Source of the DNA: Minisyncoccota bacterium
Lineage (GTDB): Bacteria; Patescibacteriota; Minisyncoccia; Phycocordibacterales; UBA6065
Direction of reading: 5' to 3'
Assembly (NCBI GenBank): GCA_035438745.1
Contig: DAORIX010000001.1
Span: 3,075 to 67,074 of the forward strand
DNA: 64,000 nucleotides
The position numbers were made by a program, and so were the translations under genes. Positions 9,055 to 18,227 of this stretch are shown piece by piece. Numbering within the stretch: the first letter of the stretch is position 1; each line of letters opens with the position of its first letter. Below the pieces are notes generated by a model that worked only from the letters and a program-made list of their open reading frames with translations, was not told where the DNA came from and made no database searches.

Positions 9055-10734
9055 CTATGAAGGAAGTTGATCGAGAGATGACCTGTCCACTTTCCAAATT
9101 TTACGATGAAGCGTTTCGAGCACATCACGAAGCTCAACGCTCTTCAGAACATAGAGAACACCAATAATAATTATGGTGCCGACAATTCCAGCAAGTAGAC
9201 CTTGGAGAAACACACCTGCTACTGTGGATAGATTAAAAATATCATCAAACACATCCAGAGAAAGGTATGCTGTGTATCCACCGATTATCGATGCGCCAGC
9301 GGTATGAAAAAAACTTTTGAGCACCGATCCTGAAAAACCAGCATGCGCACGAGAAAATGATACCCAATGGAGAAGAAGATTGAGGAACGCACCCACAGAA
9401 AATGCCAGAGGCAACATGAGAACAGAAGAATCTCCAGAACCCGATGTTTTCATGAGAGCGGTCACAAAATATTTGAAGAAATCATACTGATTAAACATAC
9501 TCAAGAGGAAAAAAGCCAGAACGATAGTTGCAATCATAGAGGCAACATTCATCAAGAGAGGCTTTGCTGTTTTCCCTTCTGCATAAAAAGAACGCACAAA
9601 AAGGAGAGTGAGACTTTGAGCAAAAGCAGAAACAACAAAGAGCGCAAGCGCAGCGGCCGTCAGTCTCGTGTCAGACCAAGAGAATTCTCCGGAGCCCAAA
9701 ACAGTTCGAACGATCTGTGCTCGCAACACAATAAAAAGAACGGAAAGTGGAATAGCCCAAAAAATAACGTGACGTGCGGCAGATACCATTTTCTGAGTAA
9801 ACACATGAGTATTTTTTTCACTAAACAGTCGTGCAAGAACCGGAAAAGCTGCTGAGGAGTAACTAGCGCCGATAATGGAGAGAGGAACAGACTGAAGGTT
9901 CAAGGCGAAGTTAAAAATAGAAATTGATCCAGCGCCAAGAAACGAAGCAAAAGAAACAAGTGCAATATATGTACATTGCTGAGAAGAAAGGGTTACTGTG
10001 CGAGGAATAGAAAGTAACGCTATGTTTTTAATCTTTGACCACGCAAAAACAAAACGTATTCGAGGAAATAAACCATCCTTAATAACCACGGGTATTTGAG
10101 AGAGAGACAGCAGGAGCGCTCCACATGCCACTCCCCACGCCAAACCTTGAACTCCCCATCGTGGCAAAAAGAAAATAATACCTGCAATAATACCGATATT
10201 GTAGAGAGGTGAACTTATTGCGTACAACAGAAATCTATTTTGAATCTGAGTGAGAGAAGCAAAGAAAGAAGAAAAGCCAAGCAAAATAGGAGAAAGCAAT
10301 AATACTCGTGAAGTGGACACGAGAACGTCTCCATATCCCGCATCAAAAAGCGCAGGGAAAAGAAACTTTTGTAACGGCTCCATAAAAATAGCCGCGACAG
10401 CACACACAACAACTATAAGCACCAAGAAAGAAGAAAAAAGATGCTGAATTGATTCTTTGAGTGATTCTACACCTTTTTGTTTTGCCTCAACGAGAAAAGG
10501 AACGAGTATTGATGTTGATACGAGAGACGCTACCGTGACGAAAATGAAATCTGGTATACGGAAAGCCGCATAGTACACATCGAGCTCTGTTCCCGCTCCG
10601 AGCACATGCGCCAAAAGTCTATCGCGTATAACAGCAAAAACTAGAGACGCAACAGAAGATAATGCCAAAAGATAAGCGGCCTCGTGGAGCCCGCTTATCT
10701 CTTTGCTAACAAATAAAAGAATCTTCTTTACCAT
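9055..10734 (-). CDS. murJ: lipid II flippase MurJ (MviN family)
   Basis: 559 aa, about 14 TM, conserved MurJ N-terminal block (ISGLHEAAYLLALSSVASLVFAVIRDRLLAHVLGAG, FRIPDFIF). Confidence 0.85.
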   Translation of the reverse strand: MVKKILLFVSKEISGLHEAAYLLALSSVASLVFAVIRDRLLAHVLGAGTELDVYYAAFRIPDFIFVTVASLVSTSILVPFLVEAKQKGVESLKESIQHLFSSFLVLIVVVCAVAAIFMEPLQKFLFPALFDAGYGDVLVSTSRVLLLSPILLGFSSFFASLTQIQNRFLLYAISSPLYNIGIIAGIIFFLPRWGVQGLAWGVACGALLLSLSQIPVVIKDGLFPRIRFVFAWSKIKNIALLSIPRTVTLSSQQCTYIALVSFASFLGAGSISIFNFALNLQSVPLSIIGASYSSAAFPVLARLFSEKNTHVFTQKMVSAARHVIFWAIPLSVLFIVLRAQIVRTVLGSGEFSWSDTRLTAAALALFVVSAFAQSLTLLFVRSFYAEGKTAKPLLMNVASMIATIVLAFFLLSMFNQYDFFKYFVTALMKTSGSGDSSVLMLPLAFSVGAFLNLLLHWVSFSRAHAGFSGSVLKSFFHTAGASIIGGYTAYLSLDVFDDIFNLSTVAGVFLQGLLAGIVGTIIIIGVLYVLKSVELRDVLETLHRKIWKVDRSSLDQLPS

Positions 10735-10740
10735 ACGAAC

Positions 10741-13107
10741 CTAGAAATCCTCGTCAGAAACGGTCTCTTCTTCGAGCGGTGGAGTTGCTCGTTTTTCTGG
10801 TCGTGAATCGACCTGATTAGCAAACGGAGACTTGCCCGCTTTGAGATTTGAAAGAATTGTTTTTACTTCTTCATTCTCAGGATTTGAGGCTACGAGATCC
10901 GTAAATTGCGCCTGTGCGCCCTCTTTGTTTCCTACCTGGAAGTAACTCAAGCCGAGAAAGTACTTTGCGTTAGCGTATTGAGGATTGATAGTAACTGCTC
11001 GTTCAAAAGCCTGAATCGAACCAGTGTAATCCTTTTGATTGTATCTGAGAAGACCGAGCTGAAAGAATACTCCTGGATCATTTGGAGAGAGAATTGCGAG
11101 AGCCTCAACTGTCTGGAGCGCCTCAGTAAGTCTTCCCTGTCCGATTTCAATTTGAGAAAGAAGGAAAATACCATCTACGTAGTCACTTTTCTTTTGGAGA
11201 GCAGTACTGATGTATGTACGTGCGCCATCAACATTTTTGTTTGCAACCTCAAGACGAGCAAGGAGCAAATAGAGCTCTGGATTTTCTGGATTCAAAGCGA
11301 TCGCGCCCTCATATGCAGCTTTTGCGCTCTCGTATGAACCCTGAACACCGAGTGGAACCACCGCTTCGTATACACGACCGAGTGCTACGTGGTTTTGATA
11401 ATTAGTCTCATCGTAATTGAGCGCCTCACGAGCTGATTCGATTGAGACACCGAGCACATTCTGAAACTTTTGAGCCATTTCTGTTTGAGAAATTGTGGTG
11501 TCGTTGAGTACATTACTTGTACGTACAAGATACAACTCAGACATAAAGCGACTATAGACGTCACTTGGAGACAATTCAATTGCGCGTGCTATAAATTTCT
11601 CACCCTCATCGAGATTACCGTCTACGTTAATGAGTGTAATACCTTTTTGGAAAGACACATTAGCAATAACACGAATAGTTGTTTTGTAGAGAGCAACTGA
11701 TACTCCGATTATGATAAGGATACAGAGGAGTACTGAGAAAAAGCTTTTTACCTGACTTTCTCCTGAAGAGAATCTGATAGTAGATCCTGCTCCGTGGAGT
11801 ATGACAGAAGAAACGAAGAGGCCGAGCATGAGGAACATCAAAATCCAGAGCACCGGACTTGGAACATACACCACTGAGAAAACAATCAAGTAAAGCGATG
11901 CAAAGAATGAGGAAAGGACGAGGAATGCTGATACAGGCGATCCAGAATCACGAGCAATAAATATCGCCTTGAATGCAGTGAGCAAAAAGAGACCAAGGAG
12001 CAAAGCAATTCCGGCAAAACCAACAAGGCCTGTAGTTACAATAAAGCTTGGAATAAAACCAATACCGTAGTTGAAATCAACGTTCCAGAAAACGGTGTTA
12101 TTTATACCTGCGGGTTTATTGAGAAGCCACTCAGTTTGGAAACGATTTGGTCCAACACCAAAGAGAGCATCCTTTTCAAGGACCTTGCCTGTAATCTCAA
12201 GCGTTGATTCCCATGAAGGACGAACTTCGACTTGAGAAATACCAAACGAACTTGCGATTACATTACCGAGTGTTCCGTTTGTAAAAGCAAAAACACACGC
12301 GAGGATGAGAACAATGAGTGTAATAACCGGAGTCTTTCTCTTGAACTCTCCTGTACCGAGATCTTTCTTTACAGACAATTCATAAATAAAGAACACTGCC
12401 AAAAGAGAAGCAAAGGTAATCCACGCTGTCGGGAAATTAACAACCGCCATAACAAAAAGAGAAATAACGAGCGCTGACCATGCGATAGTTTTGTGGAGTT
12501 TTTTGAGAACAACTCGCTCAAGCGTAATTACTGAGAGAAGTCCGATACAACCAAAGAATGCGCCTAAGTCATTCCACTTACCGATAAGGTTTGATGTTGC
12601 CGTAGTGAGAATACCGAAAGAAAGAAAATCCGCACCGAGGAAAAACCGAAGCACCTGATAGAGACCCACAATGAGAGCAGAGACAAAAAGAACTGTGTAG
12701 GTGTAAAAAACACGTTCTGTTGTTTTTACAAGGAGAGGAGTGAGAAGGAAGAAGAAAACAGAAAGAGCAAAGAAGCTAAGAGTACCTAGTTCAAAGCCTT
12801 GTCCTACAAACGAGCTGGCAGTATTTCCCGAAAAAAGAGTAGCCAAACCATAGGTTACAAGAGACACTATGGCTGAAAGATACAAAAGACTCTTTGGTAT
12901 TTCAAATGAGCCGTCTTTGAGCCTATACAAAGCCCATCCAAAGAAAATAATGAGGATACCGAACATGATAAAGGCAGTCTTTCCTATCTGGAAAGGTACT
13001 GATGCGAAAGGAACAAAAAACAAAGGAGAAAGGAAAACAACTACTTGAAAAATAACAAACAATGCACGGTCAAAAAAACTTACGTTAGTTTCTGGATTAG
13101 TAAACAT
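10741..13107 (-). CDS. Wzy_C (O-antigen ligase/polymerase-like) polytopic membrane domain fused to C-terminal TPR repeats
   Basis: N-terminal 500 aa with 12 or more TM helices; the C-terminal 250 aa holds several 34-residue TPR-like units (A..G.Y...A...L..P...). Paralog of 29254..31455. Confidence 0.75.
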   Translation of the reverse strand: MFTNPETNVSFFDRALFVIFQVVVFLSPLFFVPFASVPFQIGKTAFIMFGILIIFFGWALYRLKDGSFEIPKSLLYLSAIVSLVTYGLATLFSGNTASSFVGQGFELGTLSFFALSVFFFLLTPLLVKTTERVFYTYTVLFVSALIVGLYQVLRFFLGADFLSFGILTTATSNLIGKWNDLGAFFGCIGLLSVITLERVVLKKLHKTIAWSALVISLFVMAVVNFPTAWITFASLLAVFFIYELSVKKDLGTGEFKRKTPVITLIVLILACVFAFTNGTLGNVIASSFGISQVEVRPSWESTLEITGKVLEKDALFGVGPNRFQTEWLLNKPAGINNTVFWNVDFNYGIGFIPSFIVTTGLVGFAGIALLLGLFLLTAFKAIFIARDSGSPVSAFLVLSSFFASLYLIVFSVVYVPSPVLWILMFLMLGLFVSSVILHGAGSTIRFSSGESQVKSFFSVLLCILIIIGVSVALYKTTIRVIANVSFQKGITLINVDGNLDEGEKFIARAIELSPSDVYSRFMSELYLVRTSNVLNDTTISQTEMAQKFQNVLGVSIESAREALNYDETNYQNHVALGRVYEAVVPLGVQGSYESAKAAYEGAIALNPENPELYLLLARLEVANKNVDGARTYISTALQKKSDYVDGIFLLSQIEIGQGRLTEALQTVEALAILSPNDPGVFFQLGLLRYNQKDYTGSIQAFERAVTINPQYANAKYFLGLSYFQVGNKEGAQAQFTDLVASNPENEEVKTILSNLKAGKSPFANQVDSRPEKRATPPLEEETVSDEDF

Positions 13108-13228
13108 ACTTCTTGTATCTCTATAAATACTGCTAATAATGTCTCATTATTATAGATGACACGTGAGCATATAACAATGTGCACAAATACACAGAAAACA
13201 TCCACCCGTTAAGGTGGATGTTTTCATG

Positions 13229-13584
13229 TTGTAAGCAAGCTTATAAGCCGAATTCTGTTCTTGTCGTAAAACAAGCGATAATTATTTATCTAGGATGTAC
13301 GTTGCCGTACACCTCAAGCGACTCTCCTCATGCACGAAGCATGAGGCACGGTCTTGCACTCAAGTAAGGGTTTTGCCGTTGCACCTCCTTTGTTACCAAA
13401 GGATCTCATCCCCGAAGGGATGCTGTTGTTCATTTCGAACACCAGCGTCTCTGTTCGCACCTCGAGTATTTCTCTCGATAGGTATTACCTACTACCCTGC
13501 TCCCGCTATTAAACGGGGAGTGTTCGGACTTTCCTCACCTCACATCTATTGCTAGATACGGGGCGCAATTATCAAGCTTACCTC
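13229..13584 (-). ncRNA. rnpB: RNase P RNA (rnpB), bacterial type; ends approximate
   Basis: Minus strand carries the P4 5' strand GAGGAAAGTCCGAAC and the P4 3' strand ACAGAATTCGGCTTATAAGC, plus GGTAACAAAGGAGGTG. P1 is GTAAGC/GCTTAC. A TATAAT -10 lies 7 nt upstream and a hairpin plus T-run terminator (13197..13224) downstream. The overlapping + ORFs 13179..13367 and 13295..13555 are spurious. Confidence 0.8.
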
Positions 13585-13589
13585 CCATA

Positions 13590-13595
13590 ATTATA
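13590..13595 (-). promoter_or_regulatory. -10 box (TATAAT) of the rnpB promoter
   Basis: Minus-strand TATAAT 6-7 nt upstream of the predicted P1 5' end. Confidence 0.4.
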
Positions 13596-13606
13596 CCACC
13601 AAAACA

Positions 13607-13648
13607 ATAAAAAATCAAACACCTTTTAGTGTTTGATTTTTTATGAAT
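13607..13648. terminator. hairpin terminator downstream of nrdJ
   Basis: atcaaacac-cttttag-tgtttgat flanked by an A-run and a T-run. Confidence 0.5.
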
Positions 13649-13655
13649 CTACCCT

Positions 13656-16001
13656 TTATTTGCTTGCTTTATCTTGAGGTACAACATCCACCTCACAAAC
13701 TCCCCCGGCACACGCAAGCTCTCTTTTGAGATCACCTTCATCTGCCTTTTCATAACTCATGATCTTTGAAAAATCGATATGCTCAAGTCTCTTTGCAAGT
13801 TCGAGATATTTTTTCTCATCAATAGTCTCATATGGAGCAAGTTGATACGCGTGATTCTCACGAGGAAGGAATGAGAGTCCTCCGACCACATCCCAATTCT
13901 TGTATACCCAATGCGCGACCTCGATCCACTCTTCTTCACCTACCGACACAGTTACTGAAGGATTATGCTCGGTGAAATGATTCTTTACTGTCTTCCAGAA
14001 CTCAAGCTGTTCAATTGCAGAAATGTCGTCTTTGTAAATTGAACCCTTTGGAGCCCGCACAGGGAATTCAAAAACATAGGTTGAAGCTGTCTCCATAGTT
14101 TGTCCCACTTCTGGGTGATAGTGAACGCCCTGATCTCGAAGCATCTTGAACAATGAATCTGTTGCAGAGATACGAATGCGACGAATATAGAATTCTGAGT
14201 GACGTGGATGCATTCCAGAAGAGCAGTCCACGGTCTGAGATACCGTACCTGAAGGTTTTACACAGGTAATTGCTGTAGATGCTCCAACACCAAAACGTTT
14301 TGCGAACATCTGATTTATCTTTATCGCCTCTTTTTTCATTTTCTCGAGCATTTCTGGCTTACGAACAAGTGGTGAATCCCACATACCACTGATCGATACG
14401 CCGAGAAGTCTCTCTCGCTCACAGTGCTCTCTCCATTCCTTTGAGAGATACGGGAAATGAGTAAGTGTTGACTGATATGTTCCAATAATAGTAGCAACAC
14501 GAACTTTTCGCATGAGAGTTTCTTCAGTATCTTCGTGTCGTGCCACTACTTCTGAAAGATTACAGAATTGTTTTGATTGCAAAATAATCTCTCCACATGG
14601 ATTAGTACCGATAGGACCGATAATGTGCTCACCGGTGCTATCAAAATAACCCTTGTATTCCTTGAGAGCTTTGATGCGACGCTCTGGTAGAGTTTTTGCG
14701 AGTGATCCTCGATTGAAAATACCACGTTCGCCTGTTCTGCTTTCAATGAGAGCCATCCATTCCTTCAAAAATTCCTCTGCGGTTGGCTTGTTGATATAGA
14801 CCGCTGAGTTATTTGAGAGTGCACGATGCGGATGAGTGAGATAAAACTGTCCGTCCTTCGCATGGCGAATTTGTTCGTCATCGAGATCTGACAAAGAAAT
14901 CATAGCGCTACGTCGCACGCCACCAGAAACCACGCAGTCGCCAATCATACAGATAATATCGTGCAAATCTATATTAGTAAGTCTCTTTCCTTGTCTCTTG
15001 AGAATAGTCTCGCGTGCAAAAGAGAGAAGTCGTATGAGTGGTGCAGGACCAGATGATTTGCCTCCCATAGTCTTGAGACGCGCTCCTGCTGGACGAAGAC
15101 CTGAAAAATCAAATTCGACATCCTTGCCCTCTGCCCACACCTTCATACCGTATACCAATGAGTCCGCCCATCCCTCTTTATTGTCTGGAATTACATAGGT
15201 TGGGAGTTTCTCACCTGTCTGTGGTTTGATTTGAGGAAACTTTTGTACGTTCGCGCTTTCTACTGAATAGCCGGCTCCGGTACCACACATAGAGATGTAC
15301 ATAATCTCAGCAAGATCTTGGAAAGATTCAGGTGCGATATATGAACAGTTATACGCACACACATTAGTTGTGCGAGCAGCCTTGCCTGCAAATTGGAGTA
15401 GGCGCATTGATGGCATAGCCTCTTGTCGCAAAATACCCTGACGAACTTCCTCGTACTCAGAGTCCTTGAGTTTTTTGCCGAGATTTTCTTTCATAAAAGA
15501 CATGTATCGATCAACTGTCTCGATCCATGTTTCTCTGCGGCCTTCGTCATCCATCCACTTAGCGTATGTGCGATAGTACACAAACTCTCCGAGCGCTGTT
15601 CGGAAATATTTTTTACTATCCTCAGCAAGTTTTCTTACTTTTTCTGGGATTTCAACACCACGAAGCTCTCGAAGTTGTGCTCTCTCCTGGCGATAGAGAA
15701 TATAAGCCTTTGCGGTCTTTACATATTCACTCAAAATGAGCTCCTTTTCTACAGAATCTTGGATTCCTTCAACTTGAGGAATAAAGTTTTTGTGTTTTTT
15801 TGAAATACGTACCAAATCGGCAAGTACTTTATTTGCCACCATCTCAGCTTCTGCTTCACTACCCTCTCCGGTTTGAAGCATTGCCTTACTGATAGCGCTC
15901 ACAATCCTTTGAAAATCAAAGGGAACAATGAGACCATTTCTTTTCTGAACTTTCTTGATAAGCTCCTGTGCTTTAGATGACTTCTTTACTGATTTCGCCA
16001 T
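13656..16001 (-). CDS. nrdJ: class II (adenosylcobalamin-dependent) ribonucleoside-triphosphate/diphosphate reductase with N-terminal ATP-cone
   Basis: ATP-cone (VQKRNGLIVPFDFQRIVSAISKA), catalytic region with NPCGEI and conserved thiyl-loop, C-terminal Cys pair CAGGVCEV; 781 aa monomeric NrdJ architecture. Confidence 0.85.
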   Translation of the reverse strand: MAKSVKKSSKAQELIKKVQKRNGLIVPFDFQRIVSAISKAMLQTGEGSEAEAEMVANKVLADLVRISKKHKNFIPQVEGIQDSVEKELILSEYVKTAKAYILYRQERAQLRELRGVEIPEKVRKLAEDSKKYFRTALGEFVYYRTYAKWMDDEGRRETWIETVDRYMSFMKENLGKKLKDSEYEEVRQGILRQEAMPSMRLLQFAGKAARTTNVCAYNCSYIAPESFQDLAEIMYISMCGTGAGYSVESANVQKFPQIKPQTGEKLPTYVIPDNKEGWADSLVYGMKVWAEGKDVEFDFSGLRPAGARLKTMGGKSSGPAPLIRLLSFARETILKRQGKRLTNIDLHDIICMIGDCVVSGGVRRSAMISLSDLDDEQIRHAKDGQFYLTHPHRALSNNSAVYINKPTAEEFLKEWMALIESRTGERGIFNRGSLAKTLPERRIKALKEYKGYFDSTGEHIIGPIGTNPCGEIILQSKQFCNLSEVVARHEDTEETLMRKVRVATIIGTYQSTLTHFPYLSKEWREHCERERLLGVSISGMWDSPLVRKPEMLEKMKKEAIKINQMFAKRFGVGASTAITCVKPSGTVSQTVDCSSGMHPRHSEFYIRRIRISATDSLFKMLRDQGVHYHPEVGQTMETASTYVFEFPVRAPKGSIYKDDISAIEQLEFWKTVKNHFTEHNPSVTVSVGEEEWIEVAHWVYKNWDVVGGLSFLPRENHAYQLAPYETIDEKKYLELAKRLEHIDFSKIMSYEKADEGDLKRELACAGGVCEVDVVPQDKASK

Positions 16002-16186
16002 AACAATGTAATAAAAACTGCCATTAATAAATACGCTAATAATTTCTCTGGATAATTTTATCCTAAAGAATTTTTAAAAAAAATAGCAAAAAAGTTTTTT
16101 TTACCACCAAGATACACAAACAAAAAAATGTAAACACTCCTCACGCACAAGCGTTAGCACATAACGCGATTTAAGAATTAATTTTG

Positions 16187-16216
16187 AAAAAAAACATGAC
16201 CCTGTGTCATGTTTTT
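16187..16216 (-). terminator. rho-independent terminator after the DUF192 gene
   Basis: aacatgac-cctg-tgtcatgtt hairpin with flanking A/T runs. Confidence 0.5.
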
Positions 16217-16267
16217 GTGTTAAAGAAAATAATAAAAAGATTCTGCAGTAGAAAAGACCTCTCCGTC

Positions 16268-16762
16268 TTAATCAATAGTAGATGTTGCGACACGATCTCC
16301 CACTTTTAATCCCAGAAAAGAAGCGGTACCTGATGCAACCTCAAGAACAAAACGTGCAGGACGTTTTGGAAAGAAAATATTTGGATATGTTGATGTCGCA
16401 ACTCCTTTTTCAATGTGAACAATTTCAAGATTAGTATTGAGCCACAAAATATCGATAGGAATAATCATGTCTTTCATCCAAAAACCATAAATACCCGACT
16501 CATCAAAAGAAAAAAACATTCCCTGCGATCCAGAAAGCGTAGAAACTCCTGAAAGTCCACGTGCCCTGAGGAGCTCGGTGTTAGCCAGCCATGCTGTTAT
16601 GGTTTTTTGCCCTAGCTGTACGTGGATTTTTTCCATGTCACCCCTCTGATCCTGGGTATTATGAAGAGGTTGTGGACCAAAGAAAAAGAAAAAAAGAGTA
16701 ATAACAAAAACAAGGAGAACAATCACACTCGTATTTTTGTGAGACGCGATAAATGACTTCAT
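16268..16762 (-). CDS. DUF192 (COG1430) domain protein with N-terminal TM anchor
   Basis: Blocks ARGLSG, MFFSF, GFWMKDMIIPIDILW, FVLEV are characteristic of DUF192. Confidence 0.7.
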   Translation of the reverse strand: MKSFIASHKNTSVIVLLVFVITLFFFFFGPQPLHNTQDQRGDMEKIHVQLGQKTITAWLANTELLRARGLSGVSTLSGSQGMFFSFDESGIYGFWMKDMIIPIDILWLNTNLEIVHIEKGVATSTYPNIFFPKRPARFVLEVASGTASFLGLKVGDRVATSTID

Positions 16763-16773
16763 TGAAACAATAA

Positions 16774-18219
16774 TTATGATAGTAATTCCTTAAACACCCC
16801 CTGCAGTACAGCGGGATTTGCTGAACCTCCACTCGCTTTCATCGCCTGTCCAACAAAAAATTGCAAAAGGTTTTGTTTGCCCGCCTTGTATTCAGCCACA
16901 ACACTGGGATTATTTTCAATAATAGTCTGAGCAATTTTCTTGAGCGCTGCCGGATCACTTTTCTGTTTCAATCCTCGTGCGTTTGCAATATCTTCAGGAG
17001 AGCCCCCCTCTGTAAACATGACCGAGAGTATGTCTTTTGCTCCTCGAGAAGAAATGTCCCCTTTCTCAACCATAGAAATGAGTGTGGCGAAAAAAGAAGG
17101 CACAAAAGGAAGTTCAGAAAAACCTTGGGTGATTTTGCCTTCTCCGTATTTCTTTTTCATCAAACCCAAAAGGTCTGAAGTAATGTAGTTTGAAGCGAGT
17201 ACCGTAGACTCTTTTTTGCCCGCAAGATCAGTAACTACCCTCTCAAAGAAATCTCCGACAACAGGCTCTGTCACAAAAAGCTCAATATCCTCAGTTTTTA
17301 TTCCATAGTCACGAGCGAAGCGTACCCTCTTCTCACTAGGAAGTTCTGGTGTTTCCTTGGCGAGGATTTTTTCATCGTAGTCAGGTATTTGAGAAATATA
17401 CAGTTTCGGTAGATCAGGATCAGGAAAATAACGATAGTCGTGGGAGTCTTCTTTTTTACGCTGAGAGTACGTCTTTTGGGTAGAATCGTCCCACCCTCTC
17501 GTTTCCTGCACGATTTTTTCTCCCCGCTCGAGCATATCAATATGACGTTCGGTCTCGTACGCAATAGCACGCTCAACGGCCTTAAAGGAGTTGAGGTTTT
17601 TTACCTCTACTTTTGTGCCGAATGTGCTCGTCTTTGAAACTGAAATATTTGCCTCCACACGCATCTCTCCTTTTTCCATGTGCGCATCAGAAACTCCAAG
17701 GTACCGTAACAAAAGCTGAAGTTCGCGACCAAAAGCCCCTGCTTCGGCCGGTGAATGAATCACGGGTTCGGTAACAAGCTCCATGAGTGGGACCCCCGCG
17801 CGATTAAAATCGACAAGAGAGTAGTCTCCCTCGTCATGACCTGAACTTGCAGTGTCTTCTTCGAGATGGATGCGTGTAATCGCAACACCCGCGAGTTCTC
17901 CTCCAGTAACAAGTGGATATTTGTACTGTGATATTTGATATCCCTTTGGAATATCCGGATAGAAATAATTCTTGCGATCAAATTCGGTGAAGTCAGCGAG
18001 GGTGCCTTTTACCGCACGACCAACTTTGAGAACAGACTTAACTGCTTCTTTGTTGATAGTAGGAAGCGTACCAGGATGGCCCATACAAATAGGACACACG
18101 AGAGCGTTTGGCTCTGCGTGGTGTGGATTATTGGCGCACGGACAAAACATTTTTGAACGTGTCTTAAGTTCAGCATGTATCTCAAGCCCGACTGTTGTTA
18201 TATAGTCTTTCATTGTCAC
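16774..18219 (-). CDS. gatB: Asp-tRNA(Asn)/Glu-tRNA(Gln) amidotransferase subunit B
   Basis: N-terminal GLEIHAEL..SKMFCPC zinc/cradle domain and C-terminal YqeY-like tail; 481 aa. Confidence 0.9.
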   Translation of the reverse strand: MTMKDYITTVGLEIHAELKTRSKMFCPCANNPHHAEPNALVCPICMGHPGTLPTINKEAVKSVLKVGRAVKGTLADFTEFDRKNYFYPDIPKGYQISQYKYPLVTGGELAGVAITRIHLEEDTASSGHDEGDYSLVDFNRAGVPLMELVTEPVIHSPAEAGAFGRELQLLLRYLGVSDAHMEKGEMRVEANISVSKTSTFGTKVEVKNLNSFKAVERAIAYETERHIDMLERGEKIVQETRGWDDSTQKTYSQRKKEDSHDYRYFPDPDLPKLYISQIPDYDEKILAKETPELPSEKRVRFARDYGIKTEDIELFVTEPVVGDFFERVVTDLAGKKESTVLASNYITSDLLGLMKKKYGEGKITQGFSELPFVPSFFATLISMVEKGDISSRGAKDILSVMFTEGGSPEDIANARGLKQKSDPAALKKIAQTIIENNPSVVAEYKAGKQNLLQFFVGQAMKASGGSANPAVLQGVFKELLS

Positions 18220-18227
18220 TATCTATT

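Noticed and set aside
13179-13555. ORF-track CDSs 13179..13367 (+) and 13295..13555 (+)
   Set aside because: They lie antisense within the RNase P RNA gene, which has conserved P4 strands on the minus strand, and have no coding features
16002-16186. Cobalamin riboswitch or NrdR-box pair upstream of nrdJ
   Set aside because: No B12-box-like core or tandem 16-bp NrdR palindromes found; only a short GGATAA-N2-TTATCC inverted repeat, which is reported as a low-interest finding
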